Below the pieces are notes generated by a model that saw only the letters and a program-made list of their open reading frames with translations, did no database searches and was not told the origin of the DNA. Below are positions 1-9,700 of a stretch of DNA of 64,000 nucleotides, piece after piece. The position numbers and the translations under genes are program-made. The stretch spans positions 1 to 64,000 of IMG/VR virus record IMGVR_UViG_3300031857_000055. One strand, 5' to 3'. This stretch comes from a virus. The first letter of the stretch is position 1. Each line of letters starts with the position of its first letter.

Positions 1-871
1 TCGGGATAAGTGACATTTCTCGTATGTTGTGCTTTGGAATCAATGTCTCACGAATGAAGTTAGCTTCTTCGTATGAGATATCAATATCAAGATGCACTCT
101 AACACTACTCTTAGGAAGAAGCAAGCCTTCTGGGTTATCTAGTATGTCACTAAGCTTATAGACACGAAATAGTGGTTGCCCAGGCCATGCGTGAAACTCA
201 GGCTCTTCGCCCCATTCAAGAATCATCATACCACGAGCATCGTCGCCCGCATCTGCATAGTTGTGAGGGAAAGCGTTTCCGATGTACCAAATGTTGTTAC
301 GTGCTTGACGCTTGTGGAAGTGACCGCTGAATACTTTCTCAAAGCCAGCTAAGTCATTGTCGCTCACATCACCGTGATCGGGCATCTGAACCATAGCATT
401 CATGTAGAATGCAGGAAGCTCAAAGTGACCAAACAAATACTTGCCTGAAAGCTTAGATAGCTTCTTATGATCTTCACCGACTAACCAAGGAGCAATGACT
501 ACCTCATCTTGAATGAACCAGTCATTAACGATTGTTACGTTAGGTAGATGCTTCGCCCATTCAACACTATGAACATCACGCTTGTCTCTATAATAGAGGT
601 CGTGATTGCCCGGAATGAAATAGACATGCTCAAAACTATTGTTTAGCTTTTCTAAAGCACGAAGACCAAACTGCATAGTTTGAATATTGATACTTGCTCT
701 ATGGTGATTGTAATCACCTAAGAAAAAGCAAGTTTCGCAATTTTCTTCTTTTGCTTTCTGAATAAACCAGTCAACAAAGTCTGAACAATCTTGGTTATGT
801 TGTACACTGTTAGACTTAAGTCCAAAGTGAATGTCGGTGAAGACTGCTGCCTTCTTGAATAGAGTTGTCAT
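1..871 (-). CDS. gp47: Recombination endonuclease subunit (T4 gp47 / SbcD-Mre11 family metallophosphoesterase), 3' end outside the window
   Basis: Not in the ORF track. My translation from ATG at 871 reads MTTLFKKAAVFTDIHFG...FLGDYNH...IPGNHD...FGHFE...SGHFH...YIGN, the calcineurin-like phosphoesterase motifs. It lies next to gp55 as in T4-like phages. Confidence 0.93.
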   Translation of the reverse strand, partial: MTTLFKKAAVFTDIHFGLKSNSVQHNQDCSDFVDWFIQKAKEENCETCFFLGDYNHHRASINIQTMQFGLRALEKLNNSFEHVYFIPGNHDLYYRDKRDVHSVEWAKHLPNVTIVNDWFIQDEVVIAPWLVGEDHKKLSKLSGKYLFGHFELPAFYMNAMVQMPDHGDVSDNDLAGFEKVFSGHFHKRQARNNIWYIGNAFPHNYADAGDDARGMMILEWGEEPEFHAWPGQPLFRVYKLSDILDNPEGLLLPKSSVRVHLDIDISYEEANFIRETLIPKHNIREMSLIP

Positions 872-878
872 ACTTTAA

Positions 879-907
879 CTTATACAAGTTATGGACGTAA
901 AAAGCAA
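879..907 (-). promoter_or_regulatory. Sigma70-type promoter for gp47 (TTGCTT-17 bp-TATAAG), probably leaderless transcript
   Basis: Minus-strand -35 at 907-902 and -10 at 884-879 with a 17-bp spacer. The ATG lies 7 nt after the -10 and there is no Shine-Dalgarno. Confidence 0.55.
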
Positions 908-920
908 ACAGTTTGGTGAC

Positions 921-1817
921 CTAATCTGCAAGTCCTTGACCCAACTTCTTGCCGCTCATTTGGCGACTGAAACTTGGGTTGAACCCGTTCATTTCTAAGA
1001 TATCATCACGAATGTTTTGGCTTCGCTTTTCGGTATTCAATACTCTACAGAAGCTATTGTTTACTGCTGCTGTGTAGTATGCGAATGGATTAGCACTCTT
1101 TGCTTCATTGAATCTAAGACCAACATAAGTCAACTGTAGAATAGCACTTGCTTCCATCTCGTCACGGTAAGTATAACCTCTCCAGTTGAACTTCATCGAA
1201 TACTTCTCACAAAGCATCATATACATTCTTGCTAACTTGTTAGTGATTTGTCCATGATCTTTGTTGAAGTGACCGTTCTCCATACCACCTTCCCAGTGAC
1301 TCTTGCCAACGCAGATGAATGAGTTAGTCTCGTCTAACTTGTAGTGTTGGAAAGGAGGAAAGTTGACCTTAACGTGAACCATATCGTCAACATCTTTCTT
1401 AGTGGTCTTATCTTCTAAATCGAAGAAGATATCTTCATCATCATCTTCAAAGATAAAAATATCCTTGGCTGTTTTTTTCTTGGTTGTTTTTCTAGGTTGC
1501 TTCTGTGACATTGGAACATGATCCCAAGTCATCACACGAAAGATCAAATCTGTAGTTGGAATATCTTCGGCTAATACTTTTTCGCCGGTTTCTTGAGTTA
1601 GCCTAGTTGCTCTTGTTTCTTTTGCCTGTTGAATCTGAGCCGGCTTTAGTGCATATTCTAAACTAGTTGATAGTTCGCTTTCGGGCATATCAATGATAAT
1701 ATCGTATCTATGATACTCTGGATCAACGAATGAACAATAACTGTTCTTACTTTTATGAATTTCTTTTAGAATGTCTTTGTTGTTTAGGTAATTAATCTTT
1801 TTTGGTTTAGCGGCCAT
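921..1817 (-). CDS. gp55: Late-transcription sigma factor (T4 gp55 family) with a large internal insertion
   Basis: N-terminal NYLNNKDILKEI and C-terminal NWRGYTYRDEM...FNEAKSANPFAYYT...SFCRVLNTEKR match gp55 motifs. Start moved to ATG 1817 because AAGGA lies upstream and the -10 box overlaps the longer ORF start. Confidence 0.88.
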   Translation of the reverse strand: MAAKPKKINYLNNKDILKEIHKSKNSYCSFVDPEYHRYDIIIDMPESELSTSLEYALKPAQIQQAKETRATRLTQETGEKVLAEDIPTTDLIFRVMTWDHVPMSQKQPRKTTKKKTAKDIFIFEDDDEDIFFDLEDKTTKKDVDDMVHVKVNFPPFQHYKLDETNSFICVGKSHWEGGMENGHFNKDHGQITNKLARMYMMLCEKYSMKFNWRGYTYRDEMEASAILQLTYVGLRFNEAKSANPFAYYTAAVNNSFCRVLNTEKRSQNIRDDILEMNGFNPSFSRQMSGKKLGQGLAD

Positions 1818-1839
1818 TGTTATTCCTTTTAGAACGAAC

Positions 1840-1869
1840 ATTATACTAACACCGTTGTAAATTTACAAC
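1840..1869 (-). promoter_or_regulatory. Sigma70-type promoter for gp55 (TTGTAA-17 bp-TATAAT) overlapped by a perfect 16-bp palindrome
   Basis: -35 at 1868-1863, consensus -10 TATAAT at 1845-1840, and palindrome GTTGTAAATTTACAAC at 1854-1869. Confidence 0.7.
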
Positions 1870-1901
1870 AGTTTAGGGTAAAAAATCACCAAATTTTCAG
1901 C

Positions 1902-1909
1902 GATAAATA
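1902..1909 (+). promoter_or_regulatory. Putative gp55-dependent late promoter (GATAAATA)
   Basis: Resembles the T4 late box TATAAATA. It is intergenic, upstream of AAGGA and ATG 1943, and the same box recurs before many structural genes. Confidence 0.7.
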
Positions 1910-1942
1910 CATGTAGACTAAATTATTTATCAAGGAAAAAGT

Positions 1943-3484
1943 ATGGCTACTTATCAGACAGGCGGTGGAACTTCAACACGGGTAGAGGCACGCTCCGTAG
2001 TTTTTACCTTATCGGGCGGGAAATCGTTTGAATATCGCTCCGGTAGCACCCCTGTAAATAGTGAGTTTGCCGCAGAAAGCCTAAGAGAACAAGTAACCCA
2101 ATATATTGCACAACTCCAAGCAGCAATTGCAAATACAAGAGACCCAGCCAGACTTTCTGCACTACAAGCGACACTTAATCAATCTCAAGCCGCCCTTCCA
2201 TTACTGACTCCGAATGGGGCTGTGTCTCGCCAAATTACGCAAGATAACAACGCTTCACGAACACCTATCCCGCCGGTTGTTGAGGTGCCGCCAACACCCC
2301 GCACCCCAACTCCCCCACCTGTAACAGCTCCTGCGCCAGTATCTACACCGACACCCGCACCTGCTCCGACCGCACCTCGTCCAGTCACCTCACCAACTCC
2401 GATAGTACGAGTTGACCCCAACGACTTCATTGGACCCGAACCAGTAAGAGCACCTGCACCTGCACCGGTAACAACACCAACGACTACAACTACGCCAGCC
2501 CCAACGCCAGTAACGGCTCCTCCTCCCATTGATTCAGAATTAGCAGGATCTCCGGAGTTTCAAGCACAGACACAATCGGCTCCTGCAACAGTAACCGACG
2601 AACCAATAGCGGTTACTACTCTTGGTGACGAGGCATTAGCCGCACCAATATTTGACCAAGCTGAATTAGAGGAATTTTCGGCGGAACTTGCGGTCGCTTC
2701 CCGAGAAGCAGTACTATCACAAGTTCCGTATGACGCTAGAGCAGATTGGAGAGTTAGACTTGCGCTATCAGATGATCCTAGCGTAAATTATCTTTATAAA
2801 GCGCCTAATCCCGGCATTCTTAAACCGTTAAACGCTACTAGTGGAGTAATATTCCCGTATACTCCACAGATTAATGTCACTTATTCGGCTAACTATAATC
2901 CGACTGACTTAACACACAGTAATTATAAAGTGTATCAATATTCCAATAGCTCAATTGATTCAATAAGTATTACAAGCGAATTTACAGCACAGGATGAGTA
3001 TGAAGCAAATTATCTGTTAGCAGTGATTCATTTCTTTAGAAGTGCTACTAAGATGTTCTATGGACAAGATCAAAATCCAAGAAGAGGTACACCACCTCCC
3101 CTATGTTACATATATGGTATGGGTAGCTATCAATTTGCAGGTCAACCATTAGCGATATCAGGGTTTACTTATAACTTACCAAATAATGTAGACTATATAC
3201 AAACATCTATGGGAGGTCGCAACCCATCAACCGCGGCTGCTACTACCCCTCCAGACAGAACTGCGGGTACTGGAGCAGCCCCAGGAGGAGTACCACCGCC
3301 TCCCCAATTCGCCCCGATTGCAGAACCCGGTACAATTTCTTGGGTACCTAGCAAAATTCAGTTAAGTATTAGTTGTGTGCCGATGATGAGTAGAAATGAA
3401 GTGTCAAATGAATTTAGTTTTGAAAAATATGCAACAGGTTCACTACTTAATGGGGTAGATACATACCGCGGAGGATTTTGGTAA
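1943..3484 (+). CDS. Baseplate tail-tube initiator/cap protein (gp48/CIS-tube-like) with Pro/Thr-rich N-terminal linker
   Basis: C-terminal VIFPYTPQI...SIDSISITSEFTAQ...HFFRSATKMFYG...GTPPPLC motif typical of tube-initiator proteins, directly followed by a gp53/LysM gene. Residues about 105-215 are P/T/A-rich. Confidence 0.65.
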   Translation: MATYQTGGGTSTRVEARSVVFTLSGGKSFEYRSGSTPVNSEFAAESLREQVTQYIAQLQAAIANTRDPARLSALQATLNQSQAALPLLTPNGAVSRQITQDNNASRTPIPPVVEVPPTPRTPTPPPVTAPAPVSTPTPAPAPTAPRPVTSPTPIVRVDPNDFIGPEPVRAPAPAPVTTPTTTTTPAPTPVTAPPPIDSELAGSPEFQAQTQSAPATVTDEPIAVTTLGDEALAAPIFDQAELEEFSAELAVASREAVLSQVPYDARADWRVRLALSDDPSVNYLYKAPNPGILKPLNATSGVIFPYTPQINVTYSANYNPTDLTHSNYKVYQYSNSSIDSISITSEFTAQDEYEANYLLAVIHFFRSATKMFYGQDQNPRRGTPPPLCYIYGMGSYQFAGQPLAISGFTYNLPNNVDYIQTSMGGRNPSTAAATTPPDRTAGTGAAPGGVPPPPQFAPIAEPGTISWVPSKIQLSISCVPMMSRNEVSNEFSFEKYATGSLLNGVDTYRGGFW

Positions 3485-3798
3485 TGGCAATTCAATCAAC
3501 ATACCCGCGCACGAGTCCGTATTATAACACTCCTGTCGTTGACAACAAGTTTTTAGACATTACAACCTATAGACCTATACCATTTAACCCGCAGGACGTA
3601 TTCATGACTGTCACACCGGTTTATCAGTTTAGACCTGACCTGTTAGCGTATGACTTGTACAATGATGCTAGATTATGGTGGGTATTCGCTGCCCGTAATC
3701 CTAACTTATTGGGACCAGACCCATACTTTAACATGGTAGCGGGCCTACAAATTTATATCCCCACACAAAACACACTACAGAGAGTATTGGGAATTTAA
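3484..3798 (+). CDS. gp53: Baseplate wedge protein, LysM-like (T4 gp53 family)
   Basis: RPDLLAYDLYNDARLWWVFAARNP...GLQIYIP motif. TAATG coupling with the upstream gene places the start at 3484. Confidence 0.8.
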   Translation: MAIQSTYPRTSPYYNTPVVDNKFLDITTYRPIPFNPQDVFMTVTPVYQFRPDLLAYDLYNDARLWWVFAARNPNLLGPDPYFNMVAGLQIYIPTQNTLQRVLGI

Positions 3799-3824
3799 TT
3801 ATTATATGACGGATTATATTTTAA

Positions 3825-6773
3825 ATGACTACTAAAACCGTAAATCTTGGCAACATTAGAGTAGTATATACGATTCACGATGACCGCGGCTTCGGCACAG
3901 GATTAGCATATGATGTGGAAGTATACACCCGAGACGGCACTTTCTTAGCTAGGGGCTACACCTATGGCAATAATGGTTCGTCATCCGCAACAATATCCTT
4001 AGCAATATCGGAACTACAAAGAGTCAGCGCCACCCAGCCCGACGCTAATGATGCTATTTCATACCTTTCGGCAAACGGGGCAAGCGAACTCAACAGTTTG
4101 GCAGCAAGTTTGGAAGTTCCCTCGCCGCCGGCAACCCCCACAATTGATAATACCGCTGCACCAGCTAATGCCGCCCCAACCGGTACTAACACTTTGCAAG
4201 GTACAGCAAGTGATGACAGCGGAGCACAACCAACAACCCCTGCATCAGTAGCTACCGAAGCAGCTGGAACTTCTGCTGATCCGCCGCCAACACCAATCTT
4301 ACCAGGCGGTGCACCAGCGCAGCCCGGAACTGAAAGAGGAGATGCAGCCGGCACTACCCCTTCACCAAACAGTGCAGGTAGCCCTCCCTATGATAATGAA
4401 ACCTTTACTAGGGTAACCGAAGCACCGATCACAACCCCAGGTGGAAGGCCAGGCAGACGACTTAAAAATCCACTTGGATCATTAGCAAGTTACACTTATC
4501 AACTAAGTTTATACATGGTTACTGCATCGGCATACGAGGCATTTGTTGCTGGTGGAAGACGTAACATAAACTTATACTCAGAAGAATTAGCACCCAGTGC
4601 TACTACTCCTGAACAACGTGAGGAAGTCGCAAGTAACGGGGCATTTCTAATAGCACAAAGCGGTGGAATCGGAGGATCTGATCGCCGAGCTCCAGAATTT
4701 AAGTACGATTATTACATTGATAACCTATCATTTGAATATCAGATTGCCAATAATGGAACCGGCGCAGCAGTACCTAATATTAATTATAAATTTCAAATCA
4801 TTGAACCATATGGATTCTCGTTCTTAACTCAGCTTAGACGAGCTAAAGACGCAATGGAAAATTCGGCTAAGGGTAAACCATTCCCTAGAGATCCACTAAG
4901 ACAATTCTTTATATTGGGAATTAGGTTTCTTGGATGGGATCAGGCAGGAAGACAGATTCTCGGTAATGAGGTATTTGATGGGAATCCTATTGACCCTTCC
5001 GCGCCCGGCACTGGCGCGCTATTTGAAAATTTCTATGACATATCTATCAATACTATGAAGTTTAAATTAGATGGTAACGCCAGTGTGTATAATATTGATG
5101 CATCAGCAGCGAACATATCAACAACTATCAACATGCGAAAAGGTATGGTACCTCAGGGTGTAACAGTATCGGGTTCTACGGTAAGAGATTATCTTTCTGG
5201 TCCTAATGGACTTTTTACTCAACTAAACAAACAACAGCAAGACTTAGTTAATAACAACACTATCTCTAAACCCATTGTCTTTAAAATTAACTGGTTGGGA
5301 GACGCAGAGAGTATTGCAAACTCAAGTATACTTTCCGAATCTAGAACCGATAGAGCTGCCGAAACAAGTAGCACTGCGGAATCCACCACAGAAGTTAATC
5401 CAGAGACTGAAACTAGAGCAGCGCCTAATAATAACTCAGTGAATTTAGGTATTACAAATATACCTATCGTTCAGGCTATTGAGCAGATTATTTCCATGAG
5501 CAAATACCTACAAGATTCTATTGCTTTTAGTTATACCGACAGTACTGAAAACAACCCAGAAACTGCTGCTCCTGATATAGTAACAAGTCCTGATAAAAAA
5601 TTTACTTGGTTTCATATTAGCCCAGAAATATCTAACGTTGATTGGGACCCAGACATAAATGATTGGTCGTATACGATTACCTACACAATTCAAACCTATC
5701 TTGTTCCGGCGATAGACAATCCTTTTGTAAACAATAATACTCCATATTATGGTCCGCATAAAAGATATGATTATTGGTACACCGGACAAAATACTCAAGT
5801 TTTAAAGTTTGAGCAAGAAATTAATACTGGTTATACAAGTATTGTTACTGCCGGTAACCCGCCCAGAATATCTGATTCTAATAATACTGCTAATGGGACT
5901 GGTGGTGCCGCAGGTGGAGCTGGCGGTACCGCAGGTGGAGCTGGTGAAACCCCGGCAGCATCACCTTCACTCACAACAACTACTACTAATACTACATCTC
6001 CTATTAATAGTGATGGTGCTGGCGGAACCCTCAGCATGGAAGCAATTAATAGTGTTAGAACAACATTATATGATCCTGCTAGCTATGTAACTGCAAAAGT
6101 TGAAATATTGGGAGATCCTGATTTTCTTATGCAGGCATCCCCTGCATTAAATGAAGCTATTGCCAATAGCAACAATAGCAGCAACACCGCCGGGTTTAAT
6201 AGATTTTATCAAAACAACAACGACTTTACTATTAGTGCAAACGGCGGACATGTATTTTTTGAAATTGATTTCAAAGAAGCGGTTGACTATTCTGTAGGTG
6301 AAGTTAATGAACCATTTGCAGATGGTAAAGGAGTTACAGGTAAAGGCGGCACTTTATCAATTAATGATAGTATTAATATCATAAACTACCAAGACGGCGT
6401 TAGTGATAAAATCAACGGAGTGATATTCACTCTTAAATCAATTACTAATAATTTTAAAAACGGTTCTTTTACCCAAACCCTAGATGCATTCAATCCGTTC
6501 TTGTTCGGTGATTTAAGTAGGGTTCAAACACCGGGAGCGCAGCGTGAACCAACCGCTAATGTTGCTGCTACTACTGCTACTCCGCCGGCTACAGGTGACG
6601 GTGCAGCTACGGCTGCACCGGTCGCAAGGTCTAATCCCGGACTCCGGCAAGACCCGCCTGCTCCGGCAGCAAGACCGGCCGCTGCACCGGCACCGGCCCT
6701 TACTGCAAATACCCTTTTCAATCGCGGGCCATATGCTGATGGTTATCGCCTACCGGCTCCCCCAACAACATAA
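3825..6773 (+). CDS. Putative baseplate hub protein (gp27/VgrG-N-like) with low-complexity linkers
   Basis: Position between gp53 and gp5, motifs NPL..ASYTYQLSL, IIEPYGFSF and VEILGDPDFL, and P/A/T-rich segments at both ends. Family assignment is inference from synteny. Confidence 0.55.
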   Translation: MTTKTVNLGNIRVVYTIHDDRGFGTGLAYDVEVYTRDGTFLARGYTYGNNGSSSATISLAISELQRVSATQPDANDAISYLSANGASELNSLAASLEVPSPPATPTIDNTAAPANAAPTGTNTLQGTASDDSGAQPTTPASVATEAAGTSADPPPTPILPGGAPAQPGTERGDAAGTTPSPNSAGSPPYDNETFTRVTEAPITTPGGRPGRRLKNPLGSLASYTYQLSLYMVTASAYEAFVAGGRRNINLYSEELAPSATTPEQREEVASNGAFLIAQSGGIGGSDRRAPEFKYDYYIDNLSFEYQIANNGTGAAVPNINYKFQIIEPYGFSFLTQLRRAKDAMENSAKGKPFPRDPLRQFFILGIRFLGWDQAGRQILGNEVFDGNPIDPSAPGTGALFENFYDISINTMKFKLDGNASVYNIDASAANISTTINMRKGMVPQGVTVSGSTVRDYLSGPNGLFTQLNKQQQDLVNNNTISKPIVFKINWLGDAESIANSSILSESRTDRAAETSSTAESTTEVNPETETRAAPNNNSVNLGITNIPIVQAIEQIISMSKYLQDSIAFSYTDSTENNPETAAPDIVTSPDKKFTWFHISPEISNVDWDPDINDWSYTITYTIQTYLVPAIDNPFVNNNTPYYGPHKRYDYWYTGQNTQVLKFEQEINTGYTSIVTAGNPPRISDSNNTANGTGGAAGGAGGTAGGAGETPAASPSLTTTTTNTTSPINSDGAGGTLSMEAINSVRTTLYDPASYVTAKVEILGDPDFLMQASPALNEAIANSNNSSNTAGFNRFYQNNNDFTISANGGHVFFEIDFKEAVDYSVGEVNEPFADGKGVTGKGGTLSINDSINIINYQDGVSDKINGVIFTLKSITNNFKNGSFTQTLDAFNPFLFGDLSRVQTPGAQREPTANVAATTATPPATGDGAATAAPVARSNPGLRQDPPAPAARPAAAPAPALTANTLFNRGPYADGYRLPAPPTT

Positions 6774-6787
6774 AGAGACTATGAAAT

Positions 6788-9700
6788 ATGCCAGTTGACA
6801 GTTTTAAACCCCGCGGAACGAACAAACTTAATAGACCGACCCGTGACGGCGGCGGCTCCAAAAATTACCCAATTATCGGGATAGTGAAAAACAACATTGA
6901 TGCTAATCGTTCCGGAAAAATTTGGGTCGCACTACAAGATGGCAAGGGTCCCACTAATCCTAATTCACGAAGTGGCTGGACACAAGTACAGTACTTATCT
7001 TCATTTTTTGGCGTAGTACAAGCCAATGGCGGAGCAAATGATTTAGGGTCATACACAAATAATTCTAGTTCATACGGGCATTGGCAAGCCCCGCCCGACA
7101 TTGGTACTGAAGTAGTATGTATTTTTATTAACGGTGATATTAACAGAGGGTTTTATATCGGGGCCATTCCCACTCCCCAAACATTGCAGATGGTTCCTGC
7201 TATCGGGGCAAGAGATGTTGTTACACTCAATGAGGGGGAAGCTTCTGGATTTGGCGGAGCCACTAGACTGCCCGTAACTAACATTAACACCAATAATACA
7301 AACGTATCGAACAGCAACGAATTTTTAGATACTGCTAGACCAGTGCATAGCTACGCTGCTAGTATCATGCAACAGCAGGGTATATTAAGAGATCCTATTC
7401 GCGGTCCCATTAGCTCAAGTGCTAGTAGAGAACCAACAAGTAGAGTTGGGTGGGGAGTTAGTACTCCTGGACGACCCATATATGAGGGCGGATATACAGA
7501 CGAAACTCTACCCGACAATTTAGAACAAGGTAACGCAGAACGACTTAATGTTATTGCACGAAGAGGCGGTCACAGTATCGTTATGGATGACGGTGACATT
7601 ATTGGGCGTGATCAATTAATTCGTATTCGCTCTGCACTGGGCCATCAGATTATGATGAGTGACGATGGACAAACATTATCAATCTTACACAGTAATGGAC
7701 AAAGCTATATTGAATTAGGCAAAGAAGGTACTGTAGACATATTCAGTACAAATAGTATTAACATGAGAACTCAGGGTGATTTTAATATTCACGCTGACAG
7801 AAATGTTAATATACATGCTATGGAGAACTTTAATCTTCAAGCGAAAAACATTCATACTAATAGTGACGAAATAACTAAATCCAGAGCAGGCAAAGAATAT
7901 TCTATCACTGCATTAAACAATTTTACTGTAAAGGCAACTGCTGCAATTGCAATGTTGGCCGGTGGTCAAGCAAGCATGGTGGCAGGTGCAGAAGCATTTG
8001 TTAACGGTGATAAAGTTAATTTGAATAGTGGTAGCCCAGCATTACTACCGCCTGATGTACCTATCATTCCTGTAACAGCCCAGACAGATACATTGTTTGA
8101 TGAAGGTGTGGGTTGGGCAGCAGCACCCGCTAGACTATTATCTATCGCTTCACGAGCACCAGCACACTATCCTTGGGTCAATGCAGGTATGGGCGTTGAC
8201 ATAAGAAATAGTCCAAACGCTGCTGATAACTTGCCTGCTCCGTCATCGCCTCCGGTACAGCAATTAAATGCTCAAGCAGAAGCAACTAGACCCACTCCTC
8301 CCGCAGTAGCTACCGTAGCATCGGTTCCGCCTGTTCCAGCGTCTTCACCCACATTGGGTGCAGGTACAACGAACGCCGTACTTGCATCAACTGCAACAGC
8401 AGCAGCAGAAGGTCCAGCCGCCGAAGCAACTGCTGCTGGAGCAGGGGTAGTCAAGAAGCCAGGCAGTTCATTAATTTCAGGAATCAATAGTGCATTGAGG
8501 GTTGCTGCTGCTGTGGGCGGCGGCATTGCCGCAATTAGACAGCTAACGAGCGCAAGTTCTGCGGGTCAAGCACTAATAGCAGTCGGATCATTTGGGCAAA
8601 GTGCCGATCAACTGGCACGTTCTGGTGTGTTGAAGCCTGGTTCAGAAAGTCTTGTTAATGGATTAGCTAGTGCAGGAAAAACACTCACCAATACTCTTCC
8701 CGCATCAGTGTTTACTGGTAGAGCCGGAGCTGAGACAGTAGAACAATTAGCAGCAAACCCTGACGCACAAGCAACAGCAGCAGTCAACTTAATGACCACT
8801 GCTCAGCAGGAATTAACGCAAGCAGGCGTAATTAATGGTAGTGAATCAACAACTCAAACTGCCGGGCTAATAGCGGCTGCTAGTACTTTGGGCACCGATG
8901 CTGTTGTTGACGCAGTAAAGCAATCTTCTACAGCCACAGAAGCAGTGGAAACTGCGACAACTAATCTCACCGCAGCAGCCAGTGCAGTCGGTATCCCGGC
9001 AGCAGCGACCGCGGCAGCTGGAGCAAATCTAGTAAACAATGCAACGGCATCTGCCACAGCATTGGCAGGCGCTGCTGCTGGAGCAAAAAATGTTGCCGGC
9101 GCTATTGGAGCAGGTATATCAGCAGCTAAACTGGCTGATAGCTTAGGTGGATTGGGAGGAATAGCAAATTCTCTCAGGGCGCTGGAAGATGCAAACAGCG
9201 CATTAACTGGACTATTAGATTCAGTTAAGGGTATATCAGGATCTGCATTTAGTGCAGTCAAAGATGGATTTGGTAAATTAGAAGCCGGTGTACCACAAAA
9301 CTTGTCAGAAATTGCTAAAGAAAAAGCTGCTAAAACCGCTGTCACTGAGAATCTTCCAGGATCGCAGCCGGCATTTGCTAAGAGCTTGTCTAGCCTAGTA
9401 ACAAAAGCAGGCGATGCATTTAACAAGGCAGCTAAGTTATCCAGCGATCTTAGTAATTCAATTAATAGTGTGGTTGGTCCGGCCGGACGAGCATTATCAG
9501 GCGTCGCAGGAGCCGCTACCGGTGCTTTAGGAGCCGCTACTGGCGCCGCAGGAACTATTACTGGCGCTGCAGGAACTATTACTGGCGCTGCAGGAGCTAT
9601 TACTGGAGCAGCCGGTGCTGTTACCACTGCGGCCGGTGCTGTTACTAACGCAGCAGGTGCTGTGAATAGCATCACTGGTAACGTCAGTAATCTAACTACT

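Noticed and set aside
1818-1841. Longer upstream starts given by the ORF track (also 3478, 40477, 40671, 43484, 45090, 47674, 51219, 54116)
   Set aside because: Downstream ATGs fit RBS position, stop-start coupling or paralogue alignment better.
9501-9670. Tandem 21-nt repeats as a possible CRISPR array
   Set aside because: No unique spacers; the repeats are in-frame coding heptads with synonymous variation.
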